A stretch of 64,000 bases of DNA, taken from positions 145,972-209,971 of the forward strand of contig NMRA01000489.1 in NCBI GenBank assembly GCA_002633005.1. The letters run 5' to 3'. Numbering within the stretch: the first letter of the stretch is position 1; every line of letters starts with the position of its first letter. The DNA is from Phoronis australis. Its lineage: Eukaryota; Animalia; Phoronida. Of the stretch, positions 1 to 12,659 are shown one piece after another. A model generated the notes under the pieces. The model worked only from the letters and a program-made list of their open reading frames with translations. It was not told the origin of the DNA and did not search any database. The position numbers were made by a program, and so were the translations under genes.

Positions 1-2
1 GG

Positions 3-6
<4 letters not shown>

Positions 7-72
<66 letters not shown>
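7..72. repeat. (GA)n microsatellite
   Basis: Uninterrupted GA dinucleotide run at the window start. Confidence 0.98.
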
Positions 73-76
<4 letters not shown>

Positions 77-109
77 CTTTTCATGCAACTCTCCTAATTT
101 AAGAATTAA

Positions 110-1570
110 GTCCCTAAGTCAGGAATGGTAAGAACATACGGAATGGGAAGTAACGATCAGGAATAATAAATGAAGGCACCAAATGATAAATAAGATTACG
201 GGATGGTATAAATGGTCAGGAATGATAAATAACGGCCTCCGAACGATCAATAACGGAACAGAATAGTAATATTAGATAATGGTTATTACAGTTTTTGAAT
301 GGTAAACAAAAGTGAGGTATGGTAAAAATGGCACTGAATGATAAATTACAGTGTAAAACGATAAAGAACGATTGTTAAATATAGGCAATGAGTGGTAAAT
401 TACAGTGTACAACGATAAATAATGGCAAGGAAATGTAAGCATTGGTAAGGAATGGTAGGTAAATGTACTTAAATAGTAAGCAACAATTAGAAATGGTAAA
501 TAACCTTAAGCAATGGTGAATACTGGTATGAAATGGTAAATGACGATACGGAATTGTGGTACGGAATGGTAAATAACGATAAAAATGGTAAATAACGGCA
601 CGGAATAGTAAATAAAAGGATACATAATGTTAAATGATGATGCAGAAAGGTCACTAACGACAAGGATTCATCGATAAATGGAGAATAACGGTACTCAATG
701 GCAAATATTGTTATTTACCACTCCTTACCATTTACGGAATGGCAATTAGGCACGGAATTGTAAATGGCAGTGCACATTTTTTTAGGAATGGTACAGAATA
801 GTAAATATTGGCATGGAATGGTAAATAACAGTATAAAAAATAATTGCAGGCGGTCTGATACACGTTGTACCAGATGTACGCAGGCCTCGCATGTGGGCCC
901 ATTGCACTGATCACCTGGAAATATTTTTATGCTTTATTGATATATGGTTATGTAAGCAATGGTAAATACTCTACACAATAGTAAAATTGGTATAGAATGG
1001 TAAATAACGTGTGTAATTGTAAATAACGGCAAGGAATAATAAAATGTAGATATTGAGCCACCCAGAAACTTCATACTGCCAGACTCAAGCTGTCCGCGGC
1101 ATGGAACAAGTACATAGCGTTAAATGACAAAGACGCTCCTACGTGACCAAAGTTCCTACCACTAAGATTTTACAGCAACCCATCGAAGGAGACGAGAGGT
1201 GTTCGAGATTATAAGGAATTCATCCCAGCAGACAAGTTCCATTTTCAATATCAAGGTAAGGTATGGTAAATAACGGCAATGAATGGTAAATATCAAAGCG
1301 GTAAGTGACGGTATCGAATGGAACAAATGCTACGGAGTAGTAAATTAGTGCATGGAGTGTTTAATAACGATAAGGGATTGTAAAAAATCAATACAGCATG
1401 GTAAATAAGTTTTAAAGAATGATAAATAAGGGTATGGAATGGTAATAGCAAGGAATGGTAAGCTTTAAGGAATGGTAAGTAACGGTATGTAATGATAATT
1501 ACGGTAAAGAATAGTAAATAACCAATGGATTTGTTAGCACTGATGTGATATGGTAAATAATGGTACTGAC
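110..1570. repeat. Degenerate ~20-bp minisatellite (core GGAATGGTAAATAACGG)
   Basis: Dozens of diverged AATGGTAAATAAC-type units about 20 bp apart, interrupted by unrelated sequence at ~835-950 and ~1050-1255. Confidence 0.9.
835..950 (-). mobile_element. SINE 3' fragment (same family as 63385-63622)
   Basis: AAAATAATTGCAGGCGGTCTGATACACGTTGTACCAGATG...CACCTGGAAATATTTTTATGC recurs at ~29057-29174 and at 63385, where the tRNA-like head is attached. Confidence 0.8.
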
Positions 1571-4500
1571 TCGCACCGAAAGCTATTAGCACCGATCAGT
1601 GACAACCTGAGCCCACCCATCCACGGGGGCCGAGAAAGTGACAAAGCAAATTCATTTGACTATAATGCATACTAACACAGGTTTAGTGAACAGCATTAGT
1701 GCGCGACGAACAGGGAGACCTATGTGCGTAATGGTCCCGAATATTGCCCATCAGAATACCATCATTGACATCAGTTTGAATCTGGTTCACTACCTGGCGT
1801 GTCTCAGAACGTCGTGAGAAGGGTGACAACCACAGTTTTCAAAGAAAAATGTCCGATTAAGCCTTCAAAACTATATGCTGACGGCGTTTTTTTTTTCTTT
1901 TTTCTCAATTATGTCTGTAGAAAAGTGGAACTCCCTCGCCCCGTCCCCTAAGTCCGTCCATGTATTTCTTGGTTGCGTCAAACTTGTTCCACCAGTAATC
2001 TGTTTTTATGTATAAGCTTGAATAAAATGACAAAAAGTCACTATTGCTGGGTTCAGGACGAAATGAACTTGTGAAATCAGAACAAAAATCACATGACCAT
2101 GGCAATGTTTTCCGAAAGCAGCTACATCAACACGTTATCATCACATTGCAGGGCGATGTTTTCTAATACAAAAATAAATTAGTAAATTACGTCTCCATTT
2201 TCTCTCTTGACGAGCGTTCACTGAACTCTGTCATTGCTGTGGTCATTTAATATTTCCGCAACTGTCGTCAGTATTCTAACAATTAGTGACTAATTGCGCT
2301 AAGCTGTGTCTAATCCAACGCCCTGCAGTTTAAGTATAATCTAGTAAGGAGTTGTAATTTACGGACCTTATTACCTGCAACCAAGTACTCAACAGCTTGT
2401 TTTATTAGTTGAAAATAATCTCAAGACTTGCAATCAACAGTATTTGAAACAACAAAACCTCGCCTGATCCTTGCAGCTCACAACGCACTGAATGAATCAC
2501 GATTTAATTTTCTAACCATTTTGTGTCGAATAATGTGAATATGTCTCGAACTGTAAATCTGTAACCGACCTTCATACCGTCACTGGCAAAGCATAGTCGC
2601 GAATAGCGGCCATACATTTCTTTGAATGCCGAGTGCGTTTATCTGGAACGATGATATTTAATTATGGTGATGCTAATTGGATTTTATTTGTGGTAAATGA
2701 TACTCGTTCTGTATCGTCTGTGCCAAAATTATGAAACCTTTGTACCGTTGTGATTCGTCGATTAATTCTGTCCAGTGTCCAACTCCAGCCTCTGTGCCGG
2801 TTGCAGTCGTGGCCTCAAACTATTTGCCTGGCATCTACGTTCCATATCTACTATTGGGCATTGGCGTATATGTGGATAACATGCGTTTCTGCAAAATCTT
2901 GAACTAGGCTTACTGCAATCACATTCATTATCTCAGTTACAATTTGATGGTAAGGTTAATACTCCATAAGTACCCGACAACCACGTCCCGGCCCCAGCAA
3001 TGGGTAAAACCCATTACATTCTTCTCCATCAAATACACTTACACGTTGGAGAAACCTTAGCCCCTGAAGTAATCGTTTACTCTACCGTGTAGCCTACTGT
3101 TAAACCCGTGTCCGACACAGGAACCTGTGCCATTTCTAGGCGATCTTAGGGTCTTTTAGAAATACAAAAACTGAAATATTGTCTGTCTGATTGCTATTAC
3201 TGCATCCTCCGCACACGCATCTATTCATAATATTCACCTTGGGCAATATTCAACACTTTTCGAGACCATTCCCGCTCACAGCTGGTGTAGAACAACGCAA
3301 GGGCGGAGACCGGAATTCTACTGATGACGTTACAAAACATTTTAATTTTTTGTGTTCCTTCATTACAAGTACACAAATTGAAGAAAAAATGTTTTGTTCC
3401 ATGTACCCTTTTCATTTTGTGTCTGTCACTCTATTCATAGTGTTCTATCGTTCTGCAGTCGGTTCACCTTTTAGGTGCGTGGGTTCCCAATGACAATGCT
3501 TTTAGTTAGGAAACGAAACGTCTGTACTCTCGACATGTGTTTTGAACAGGACGCCATTCGCTTAAGCGGATATTTGTTTTCTTATATTGACTTGGCCCAC
3601 AACCAGAACCAAGAACATATTTAGAACCAATGACCTTAGATGTCGATAAGAAATGATGATACAACTGCGTCCATATGTTCATTAAAAACAGTTCTTTGGA
3701 AAAAATCAAATCTATGAATTAATGAGCGTCACCTGGTGGTGATATTAAGAATTTCAATTGCAAACATTTTCATGTTGTTATTGAAGTTGTAAACAGAAAT
3801 GCGTTACCGAACCGACAATGTCGCCCCTTAGTTTGATAAAAAATTTACAAAGGAGTAATTAGAAAGTGTTTAGTGTTCCAAAAGTCATTAAACGTACACA
3901 AGATGACAAAGATACACTATTTTAAGTCCAGGTATCTTTTTAGGAACGTTTTGAGAATTTGGATTGTATCAATCCAACTTTTATGTCACTTGGTGAATTG
4001 TGACCATTTCTATATTTAAAAAAATTAAAGTGAGCCCTAAAATTTTATCCAAAAAGAACATTCTCAAATTTTACAACATTTGGATTAATTAGAAAGTTGA
4101 TTTGACTGTAGAGGAAATGTATTTTCTACAAAAAAACTGGTTGTATTGTCAATACAAAATGAAAAGGAGCTCGTCCCTAAATCTTCAACCTCTTAATTCT
4201 CCCAACCCACTGCTTCTCAGGCGATGCTTCCCCCAGCCTGATGATATCCCCTCGACTCGGTGTCCTCCGTAATAGATGTTCCCAACCTTGATAATCCAGT
4301 CACCCGTTTACTGAATTTCTCCGCGATTTCTTCGTGTGCGCCTGGTGCCCTGATATGCGCAAAAACGACAATTTCTTCACGAGAGAGGTGAATTGAATTG
4401 AGTGGCAACCTGGGAGGACCGACGCAGAGCTCTTTAGCACCGAATAAGGGGCATAGCTCCGTTGTTTTCGACACATTTCGGCTTTTAGATAAGACAGTGG

Positions 4501-5419
4501 ATTCATGCCTAGCCTGCATGATACTGAGAAGGCCGACACTGTTAAATTTGCTTCTAAATCTTGAAAAGCAACATCTGTTGAATATTCGCCATACACCAAC
4601 TCCTTCTCATTGGGTAACAATTTTGTTACAGGATTTAATAAAAGACTAATAAAAAACTTCTGAAAATTTGGAATGACACCCTCATTATATCGGAGCCAGT
4701 TGGTACCAAGCCTCGGAGACTTCGGGAAGATCAAACTACAGGGCTCAGGAATTTTGAGCAGGGGGAACGGCGCAACGGGAGAACATTGGGCACGGAAAAC
4801 AACGGTAGCCTACTTGGGAACATTGAGACAGGGTAACATCAGCGGAGGGACTGTGGATGATCAGAACATACAGGTTCCGAGAAACACCGCCAGGGACCTG
4901 AAATAAGGGGAAAAGTTACAAAATCATTTCTGAATAAAACAAAAAAATAGCTACTAAATTTAAGATGATTTTTGCCTGTTTTGTATGTAACACTGAGAAG
5001 TTGTTGACTAGTGGCGGTAACAGGATTTAACAAAATCCAACAGGCTTTAGAACACTGAACAGGTCAAAGTGGATGTTCAAAAGGATTTTAACCCGTTTAA
5101 TATCACTTCCAGAAAGATGTGTTTAAAAATATGTCTTTCTGCAAGTAATACTAAACGGAACAAGCCTCAAAAGTTGACAGAAACTGTAACAGTTTGGAGT
5201 ATGGATTATGCTATGATTGATGATAATGATGACAATGTGTGTACATATTTTTATTACGGCGAGCAGAATTAAAAAGAAGTGCGATATATAGATCATCGAA
5301 TTCACTTCAAGTTGCTACCAACTATGATTGATTACAGCAAAAAGAAGGCCTTGTTATGAAATCAACTACAGGTAACAAATTTAAAGGTACTCCTCCGGCT
5401 TCTTTTCAGTTATAGGCCT

Positions 5420-5548
5420 ATAATTTATCACGCCGGGACCGAAAATTTATCACATTAAGATTTATAATTTATGATGTCAGGACGGCAAATTTATCACGTT
5501 AAGATCTGTAATTTATCACGTCAGGACCGAAAATTTATCACGTTAAGA
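5420..5548. repeat. 44-bp tandem repeat (x3) built from 22-bp AATTTATCAC half-units
   Basis: AATTTATCAC recurs every ~22 bp (one unit degenerate) with alternating GGACCG and TTAAGA spacers. Confidence 0.8.
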
Positions 5549-5569
5549 ATCAGTTTGTTCTCTACAAGC

Positions 5570-5955
5570 CAAGCATAAACGCGATTCATTTCTTCTGCTA
5601 AAGTGGGATTGACTTCATCTATTGACTTGGCAGCAAAAGAGGGATGTTTCGTCTGCAAACAAGCTAATTGTACATTGTTTCACTGACGTGGATAAATCAT
5701 TTACACATACACAAAATAACAACGGGCCCAGTATCGACCCCTGGAGGACACCACAGGTCACATCAAGTGGTGTTGATGTTGCCCCGTTCACAATAGTGAC
5801 TTGATTCCGATTACTTAAGTAATTACTGAACCAGTCGAGTTCAGCGTCACGCGCACCACAGCTAAAACGTTTTAATATTAATCCATTGTGGTTAACAGTA
5901 TTAAAAGCTTTCTTCAGGTCCAGAAAGATTGCACCAGTAACTTTATCATTGTTGA
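5570..5955 (-). mobile_element. CR1/L2-type LINE reverse transcriptase fragment
   Basis: Translation contains IFLDLKKAFNTVNH, WFSNYLSNRNQ, GVLQGSILGPLLF and LFADET, the classic non-LTR RT motifs; the catalytic YADD is degenerate. Confidence 0.9.
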
Positions 5956-5974
5956 TAAAAAGCCGGGGACCATG

Positions 5975-6215
5975 CGCGCAAGTCGGCTCTGGCCTTTTTA
6001 TCCAAGTGACAAAGTGAGTTGGTTTGGAAATGCCACATGGAAGGTTAATCATCCAGCGAAGAAAAACCCGTGCTGGAATAATAACCGAACAAGCAACATT
6101 AAGTAAACCGAGAAGAGACTGAAGCTGGGCGAGTATAACCTTGCGGCGCTTCTTGAGCGACGACAGAAGCGATCTACACTTTTCAAGTTTGTCCTGTAGC
6201 ACAGGTACAGTTAGG
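5975..6215 (-). mobile_element. DIRS-like (tyrosine-recombinase retrotransposon) RT/RNase H linker fragment
   Basis: DKLEKCRSLL...LQSLLGLLNVACSVIIPARVFLRWMINL resembles the LQSLLGxLNFACxVxxPGRxFLRRL region of DIRS-type RTs (recognised from memory). Confidence 0.7.
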
Positions 6216-6577
6216 GGTGAATACCATAAGTTGTTATCAATGGACGGGAGAACGGTATTTTCGCCGTTAACGGGGACGTCGATTCTCGCAGTCACTGAAA
6301 GGAAGGTATTGTGGTCGGATTTGCATTTGGGGGAGTTAGGGGGGGGGGGGGCNGGGGGGGGGGCCTACAAAGAAAAAAAATCACCGAAAGGTGAGATGTG
6401 ACCAGGAACACGACTTGATCGTCTGAGTGCAGACAAGCTGACGAAGTTCAGTGAGTCATCCGGATGGAACAAAGAAATGTAACGTAAAAGACACTAGCTG
6501 TGAAGATATAGTTCACAATTACGATATGCAGAGACAACCATCTGTAGCATCTGATGGACGGAAAAAAATATTCCCTG

Positions 6578-8659
6578 CAGTGGCGGATCTCTAAGATATC
6601 TTTTGATTTGATTAGGGGAAATACTGCCGTGCCGCAACCCTGATATTCAGGCGAATTGACGTGCAACGTTTTTACCTCATCGGTCATGCCGTGTCATTCC
6701 ATTACACTCCACACGTTTGTAACTGATGTATAGTAAAGTTGTTTTGCGCAATATCATACAGTGTACATGTACATGTAATATTGTGCACATGTACATGTAA
6801 TATTGTGTACATGTACATGTAATATTTTTGAAAAAAATTCTTTTTCCGAAGAATTGCTATTGTGGCGGGCGCCGTGGTCTGGTCGCGAGTCCGTTTGAAG
6901 ACACACCCTCTATAACAAGTTATGTCTATACAAGGAATGACCAAGGGGGCACTCACATTGAGAAAGTGACCGCATTCGCGAAAAGTGTACAGTACCAGAA
7001 ATTGCGGGAGGCTGTTCTTTCACAACAAAGTCTTGTGGGACTCGTGCGATGTTCAATAGGCCTCCTAAGGAGCCCTAGTTCCGACCTCAACACCTACTGT
7101 CTACTTGCAATAAGCACACTGCCGTCTTCTTACTGGGAATTTCCGCAAAAAGGCTCACCCGATGAAACGCTCATGCCCATGGGCATTTATTTGATATTGG
7201 TACTTCGGGTTTGAGGCGTTCAGACATTGGGACGTTTATTTCGAAAATTGCAAGAGATGCAAATAGGTCCTAAGATGTTTCGTCAAGGTTTGAAGTAGTC
7301 CATGGTGAACGGATCAAATTTAGTTGCGTATGTAAGTTTTTCGAATGGACTTGGCAACCTCAAGGGTCTTAGTGTCAACTGAGCTGCGAAACGAGATGCT
7401 GACATTGTAGAGGCTTACAAGCTCATTGACACAGCAGTTGACAAAGTGCAAGCGTTGGGAACAAACATCGAAGATATTTGGGTAGAATGGTTCCAAGACG
7501 AGCAAATCATTGAATCCGATATACAAATTCCTCGACAGTCTAGACAACAGAAGGATAGGACTAACGTATGAGTAACCACTGGGGATTAAAATTTTAGAGA
7601 GAAGTTTTCAATTCAAAATTTTTTGCATAGTACACTTTAGGTCTCGCGACGGACCAGGCCAGCTTCATTTGTGTAGATGCTGAGTTTCAGTGTACTTCTG
7701 GTCCCTCGGCGAACTAGTCTTGTGATTTTTTTACCAAAGTGTGCCTTGTAAAACTATTAATCTCAGCCAGTACTGTTTGGTCCCGCGACAGATCGACTAT
7801 TTTTATAGGGATAATAAGCACAGGTGTACATGTACTCTTGGTCTCGTGACGGACCAGGTCAGCTTTTTGTGTACTCTCAGTGTACATCTGGTCCCTCTGG
7901 AAACTAGTCCAGTGTATCTTTTCACCACTGTGCACAGGATGTTTTGGTTTCGTGAAACTGTTTTCAGATGATTTGTTTCCTGATAGATTTGACGTTTTTC
8001 AAATGTTGTCAACGTGATTCAGCTTAATAAAGTGATACCTAATTATTTATTGTCGCTTTTAATAATAGACTATGAGTTGAGAGCACCATCGTTCGCCAGT
8101 TTTTCTCGTAACGAGACAGAACACGTGTTTATTTCCGGACTAACAGTAGAGGTCTTCGTTCTTAAACAACTTGAGGCTGCTGTTACGCGATCATCTGATA
8201 TTCAAGTTTTTACGCCTCGTCGGTGCTCCTTAATTATACTCTTGAATATTTTGAAATTGTCTAAACACCTGTATACACACCACACTTTTTCGTATACGAC
8301 TTTTCGTATGCTAAAAAAGGTGTGTGTAAGCAGATGTTCCAACAAAAATTTTTTCTGGTGGCGTGACTCATACCCAGATGTGCACAATATGGTTTCACGA
8401 AACTTATGTGCCAAGTTCATGTGACGAAATCGAGAAGGGTTTTTAATTATCTTAAGAAAAACTCCAGAGACATGTTAAGTGCCAGAAACTTACCAGGGTG
8501 CATGGAAATTTCACTATTTGGCTACAAAAACAAAAAAATATCTTACACGGGAGGGGAAACCCCCCTCCCGACCTCCCCCCGCTCGGCGCCACGCGCCTAC
8601 GATTCGACCTTGGCGGGAATCCTAAACCCCCCCTTGCTGAAAACGTAGATCCGCCACTG
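6578..8659 (+). mobile_element. Non-autonomous hAT DNA transposon with transposase remnant, 5-bp TSD
   Basis: TIRs CAGTGGCGGATCT...AGATCCGCCACTG, flanked on both sides by CCCTG. Interior ~7360-7570 reads KRDADIVEAYKLIDTAVDKVQAL...DIQIPRQSRQQKDR, like hAT/P52rIPK-type transposases. A second, inverted copy lies at 47512-49795. Confidence 0.88.
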
Positions 8660-9790
8660 CCCTGCTAAATACATTTAATTGAAATTAAATTTCATTTAAT
8701 CGTGAAGTCACCGGCCTTGATCTCAGCAAATGTCTGGCAGACAACTGCTAGAATTGACAACATGCAATACAATCACGAACACGTAACGGATTATGTTGTT
8801 TTATAGCTTTGCTTAAAACTAATGAACTTCAACAAGTCTAACCCATTCAACAGTGATCGCAAAATTACATTTTCGGCCGCAAAAATGACAATGTCCATTT
8901 GACTATGAAATGAATCCGAGCTAATTTAATTAACTCATTTGTTTCGTGATCTCTAATTACACGTGTATCCTAAAACTGCAATAGCTGTATCCATGTAATC
9001 TCCTGTCGTCTGACAAACCCTATCATTCCAGCAGGAAAGATTCCAACAGTTACTAACACAAGGATACCTGTTAAGCCGCGAGTGACAACGTTGATATCAC
9101 CTAGTAAAGTGGAAAGTATCTTTGCAATTACATTCGTTTGTATAAGCTTGAACTGTCAAGTGACATTCATGCTGTAATCAAGCCGATTTTATCTCCCACA
9201 ACCTTTCAAAAACAAGTTTCTCGAATCACAGATACACCGTGCTTTGCTTCAACTGACGAAGCAGAACGAAAAAATCCATAGTGGTAGTACAGCTCGTCTG
9301 CAACACGAAATTTTAAAGTTGGCTTACGTTGACGTTGGACATCACAAACAAAGCAGACAAACGGTAAAAATCTCGCATAGGTCACTATCAGTTCAAGTGA
9401 AAGTTACCAGTACGTTTCATCTCCAGCCTCGTACCCAAATGGATAAACCGATCAGCGCTATCTTGAGGATTGGGGACGAGACCGTTTACATCTCCGAACA
9501 GTGGCGCTCCACTGTGGCGGTTACACCAGTACGCCCATGTGAATGTTCTACAATATTTATTGCACGTTACTAGACGTTACGCAAGTTGATGGATCACAAT
9601 ACTAACAAAACGATAATTACAAACTTCCTTAAAAAAGACAAATTAATTATCCGTATGGCTACAGAACACGTAAATCCGTCCACATGTGTATCACAGAAGC
9701 AAAGATACATTGAATTAAAAATGGCATAAAAATCGAATGGCAAGATCGTCTTCGACATTCGGGGGACAGCACGCTGCAAAACGAGTTAGG

Positions 9791-9832
9791 ATGATTGGGT
9801 GTTTAAACCAAGAAACAAGGCGGAAAACCGCG
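9791..9832 (+). CDS. Insulin-like peptide, putative coding exon 1 (MIGCLNQETRRKTA)
   Basis: ATG at 9791, 42 nt, strong GCG|GTAAGT donor; phase 0 matches the acceptor at 12027. An alternative candidate first exon lies at 11101-11145 with a weaker donor. Confidence 0.55.
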
Positions 9833-10289
9833 GTAAGTTCGTTCCTAAGATCTACTGATATCTTTATATATTTTCTTTCCATAAAGCGTGTTTCTTGGCT
9901 AGTATTTTCGTATTGAAGACCGTCAACAAATCAATGTTATAAGCTAAGCTGGATCTGGTTCAATTTTTCGGCCTGTTTTGAAAATCCAACTTTTAAAATT
10001 AAAAACTCATCTGAAACCAAATTAAGTTATGTGACAACGCGGGTCTTGCCTTTTCGTTTCAGTTTCGTTAAAAATTATCAATTAAATTTTGATACAAACC
10101 AATTCTCCTTAATTTTAGTTAAACATTTTATGAACCAATGTAGCTAAAAACCCGCGTTCCGTCCAGGAGGCAAACTTTTGATTTACACCATTTACGGCCA
10201 AAGACTAGACAACTTGTTCTTTACTCGCTACGGGAATTGACTTCTGAATTATGAAGCGCCAAAGGGCTCTTGAACGAGTATGTTTCTGC

Positions 10290-10385
10290 GCCTAGAAATT
10301 TCCTTAATCTAGGCATACTTTTGCTTAATCTACGCGTACCTTTGCTTCATCTAAGCGTACTTTTGCTTAATCTACGCGTTCTTAA
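10290..10385. repeat. 20-bp tandem repeat TTTGCTTAATCTACGCGTAC (~4 copies)
   Basis: Directly visible tandem units. Confidence 0.8.
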
Positions 10386-12027
10386 ACCATCATTGTTCTA
10401 CTCTTAATCAACGCTTACTTTAGACAGTGCCACCGTCTCGACTGTCATCAGTAGGAGCAAGGAGTGTAGGAGCTTCATGTGCTGGAAGCTTTTCGGCAAA
10501 TTATGTCTCACACTGATTAAAACGCGTAATTCACGTTGCTATATGTACCTTTCACGCATAGAGAGACACCTCAGGAGGCCGTCGATATCTTTAATTCTTT
10601 CCAACTCGAACAAAGTCCTAAACTTTTTTCGAGCATTCCTTCGTTAAGTTGCCCAAATCGGCAACTGACCATTTTTAACACTGCGAGCGCCATTATCTCG
10701 GAAAAATAAGGCGTAATTAGACTGTATGGACTGATCAAAAGTACGCGTTGATTTTTAACTAAAACAACACGTATACTAATCAAACGTGTGGCGTTGAACA
10801 AGAGCAGACCGACGATCGTTATGGGCTAATTCGTTATATTATCTTTGAATTGTCTTTGCAAAAAACAATTAAATTATAATGGAAACCTCAAGAAATTCAC
10901 GGCGACCAGAGGTTACTAACTCGACTGACGCCGCCTTATGTTAAAGATGCAGATTTTCATTAAATTGTGAATATGCAAATGAAGTACTAATTTACAAAAA
11001 AACGGTCCTCCAGTGTGCCGGAAACCATCCGAAAACCATCTAGCGAAAGTCTCGTTTTGCGAGACCATGTTTATGTAAATGAGTATGGTAATATTTCATC
11101 ATGGCGGCGAAGACCCAATGCCGGCCAAGAGAACAAAGAAGGCAAGTAATTTCATTTTGTTGTCACCTTGTACAATATTCAACATCATGCCATTTTGCGT
11201 CTCTGGTAGTGTACACATTTTTCGTCCACATTTCTTAGGGCGACAGGGGAATCCCTGGGAAACCCCCCACTGCATTGCCGTTAACCTAATGAAATAAAAC
11301 AGTCGCGAAGTGCGAGTAATTAATGTATAAAGAACGTGCACTTATGGCTGAATTTGTCTTTGTTCATATGAATATGAATAATATTATTGTTACTTTTATT
11401 TGTATCTCTATTATTTTTGTCGCAGCCTGTTATATTATTATAAATATTATAATTGTTATTTCTATTTCAACAATGGTTATTATGTTCGTCAAACGAATTA
11501 GCAGTTTATTTATGAAAGCGCGAACGAGCCCCTCAATTTGGCGAATTAGGCAAAAAGGTCCGTCTTAGTGAAACAAAAAGTCCGGGTAAACGAGACAAAA
11601 GTCTACAAAATCCAGGAGAAGTCGGCGCGGATGCACAATTCGTGGGCTTGAACCTAGTGGCTCCGTTTTTTTAGTCCTCTTTGATTTCTTTCCGTAAAAG
11701 GTCCGCATATCGAAAGATACGAGCTCCCCTATATTTTAGGCTGGGTGCGCGCATGTACTTGGCGAAGAAATGATTATTATCATGATAGTAAACATCAAGG
11801 AGAAAAGTAAATTATAAGTTCACGCATTAAAACGTTCCAGAACACTTTTAAATGTTTTGATTTCATACTATAGGTAATTAAAATTCCAATTATTTTAAAG
11901 CACAACGGCGCATTGGTGAGTCTGATAGTCAAATAAATAGTATAGAACTTTCACGTGGGTTCGAAGAATTCCATAAATTTTATGAAATGGTACGAGACAA
12001 ATGATAATTTCGTTTCTCTATTTTCAG

Positions 12028-12205
12028 AAACCATTTCTTCAAAACGTCTTTTTAACAATTTTGCTGCTTCAAATGATCCTTGCCGTGGTGACGTCAACTG
12101 ATTTAACCAAACGACGAAGGTTTTGCGGACGTCACGCCAAGACTTTAATTTACGCCGCGTGCTTCAGGAAAAAGAGGTCGCTAGTATCGCTCAACGAGAA
12201 CATAA
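12028..12205 (+). CDS. Insulin-like peptide exon 2: signal peptide, B chain, start of C peptide
   Basis: TTTTCAG acceptor; hydrophobic VFLTILLLQMILAVVTS; B chain FCGRHAKTLIYAACF (Cx11C) followed by RKKR; phase-1 donor A|GTATGC at 12205, with an alternative phase-1 donor G|GTAAAC at 12286. Confidence 0.88.
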
Positions 12206-12365
12206 GTATGCAAGCTTCTTCAAAGTTAAAAATATCAAATAGGAATACTTTCCCCATTTCAACAGCCCGATTTTTACAAACTATCGGTAAACCAGTCTTA
12301 GGGAGCTGATTTTAAACGAGTAGGCCTGCTTAGAAACTAAACGGCTTCGACATCATGGCTCACGA

Positions 12366-12659
12366 TAGTGGTGGATCTAGGATGTCATAAGGGGGGGGGG
12401 CACATGTTGTCTCGGGGAATTGGGCAAAGCGCGATTGTATGTGCAGCACAGGCCCGAAGGTGCGGGAGCCGGGTATGTGAAGCTTCTGTTCGTAAAGCCT
12501 ACCGGCGGACTTAAAAAAAAAAACGAACGCCGCGATCTGCGGTACCCCCTTCTCCGCGTCCTAGTTGCTTATTCAATATTTCCTCGCGCTCGCTTCACGC
12601 TGTTGCTGTTCCATTTTTGCTTACGGCAGCCAAGCCCCCCCCCCCTAAATCCGCCTATG
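12366..12659. mobile_element. hAT-type MITE in ILP intron 2, 5-bp TSD CACGA
   Basis: Ends TAGTGGTGGATCTAG...CTAAATCCGCCTATG with poly-G/poly-C subtermini; CACGA at 12361-12365 and 12660-12664. Confidence 0.8.

Noticed and set aside
1803-1822. TCAGAACGTCGTGAGA resembles a conserved large-subunit rRNA segment
   Set aside because: Only ~16 nt match and the flanks are not rRNA-like.
5420-5548. Regularly spaced repeats that could suggest a CRISPR array (also 32490-33010 and 40200-41309)
   Set aside because: Eukaryotic context, no unique spacers and no cas genes; these are tandem repeats.
12001-12309. 102-aa ORF as a stand-alone single-exon gene
   Set aside because: Its ATG lies in the polypyrimidine tract upstream of a clear acceptor and it lacks an A chain; it is exon 2 of the spliced ILP gene.
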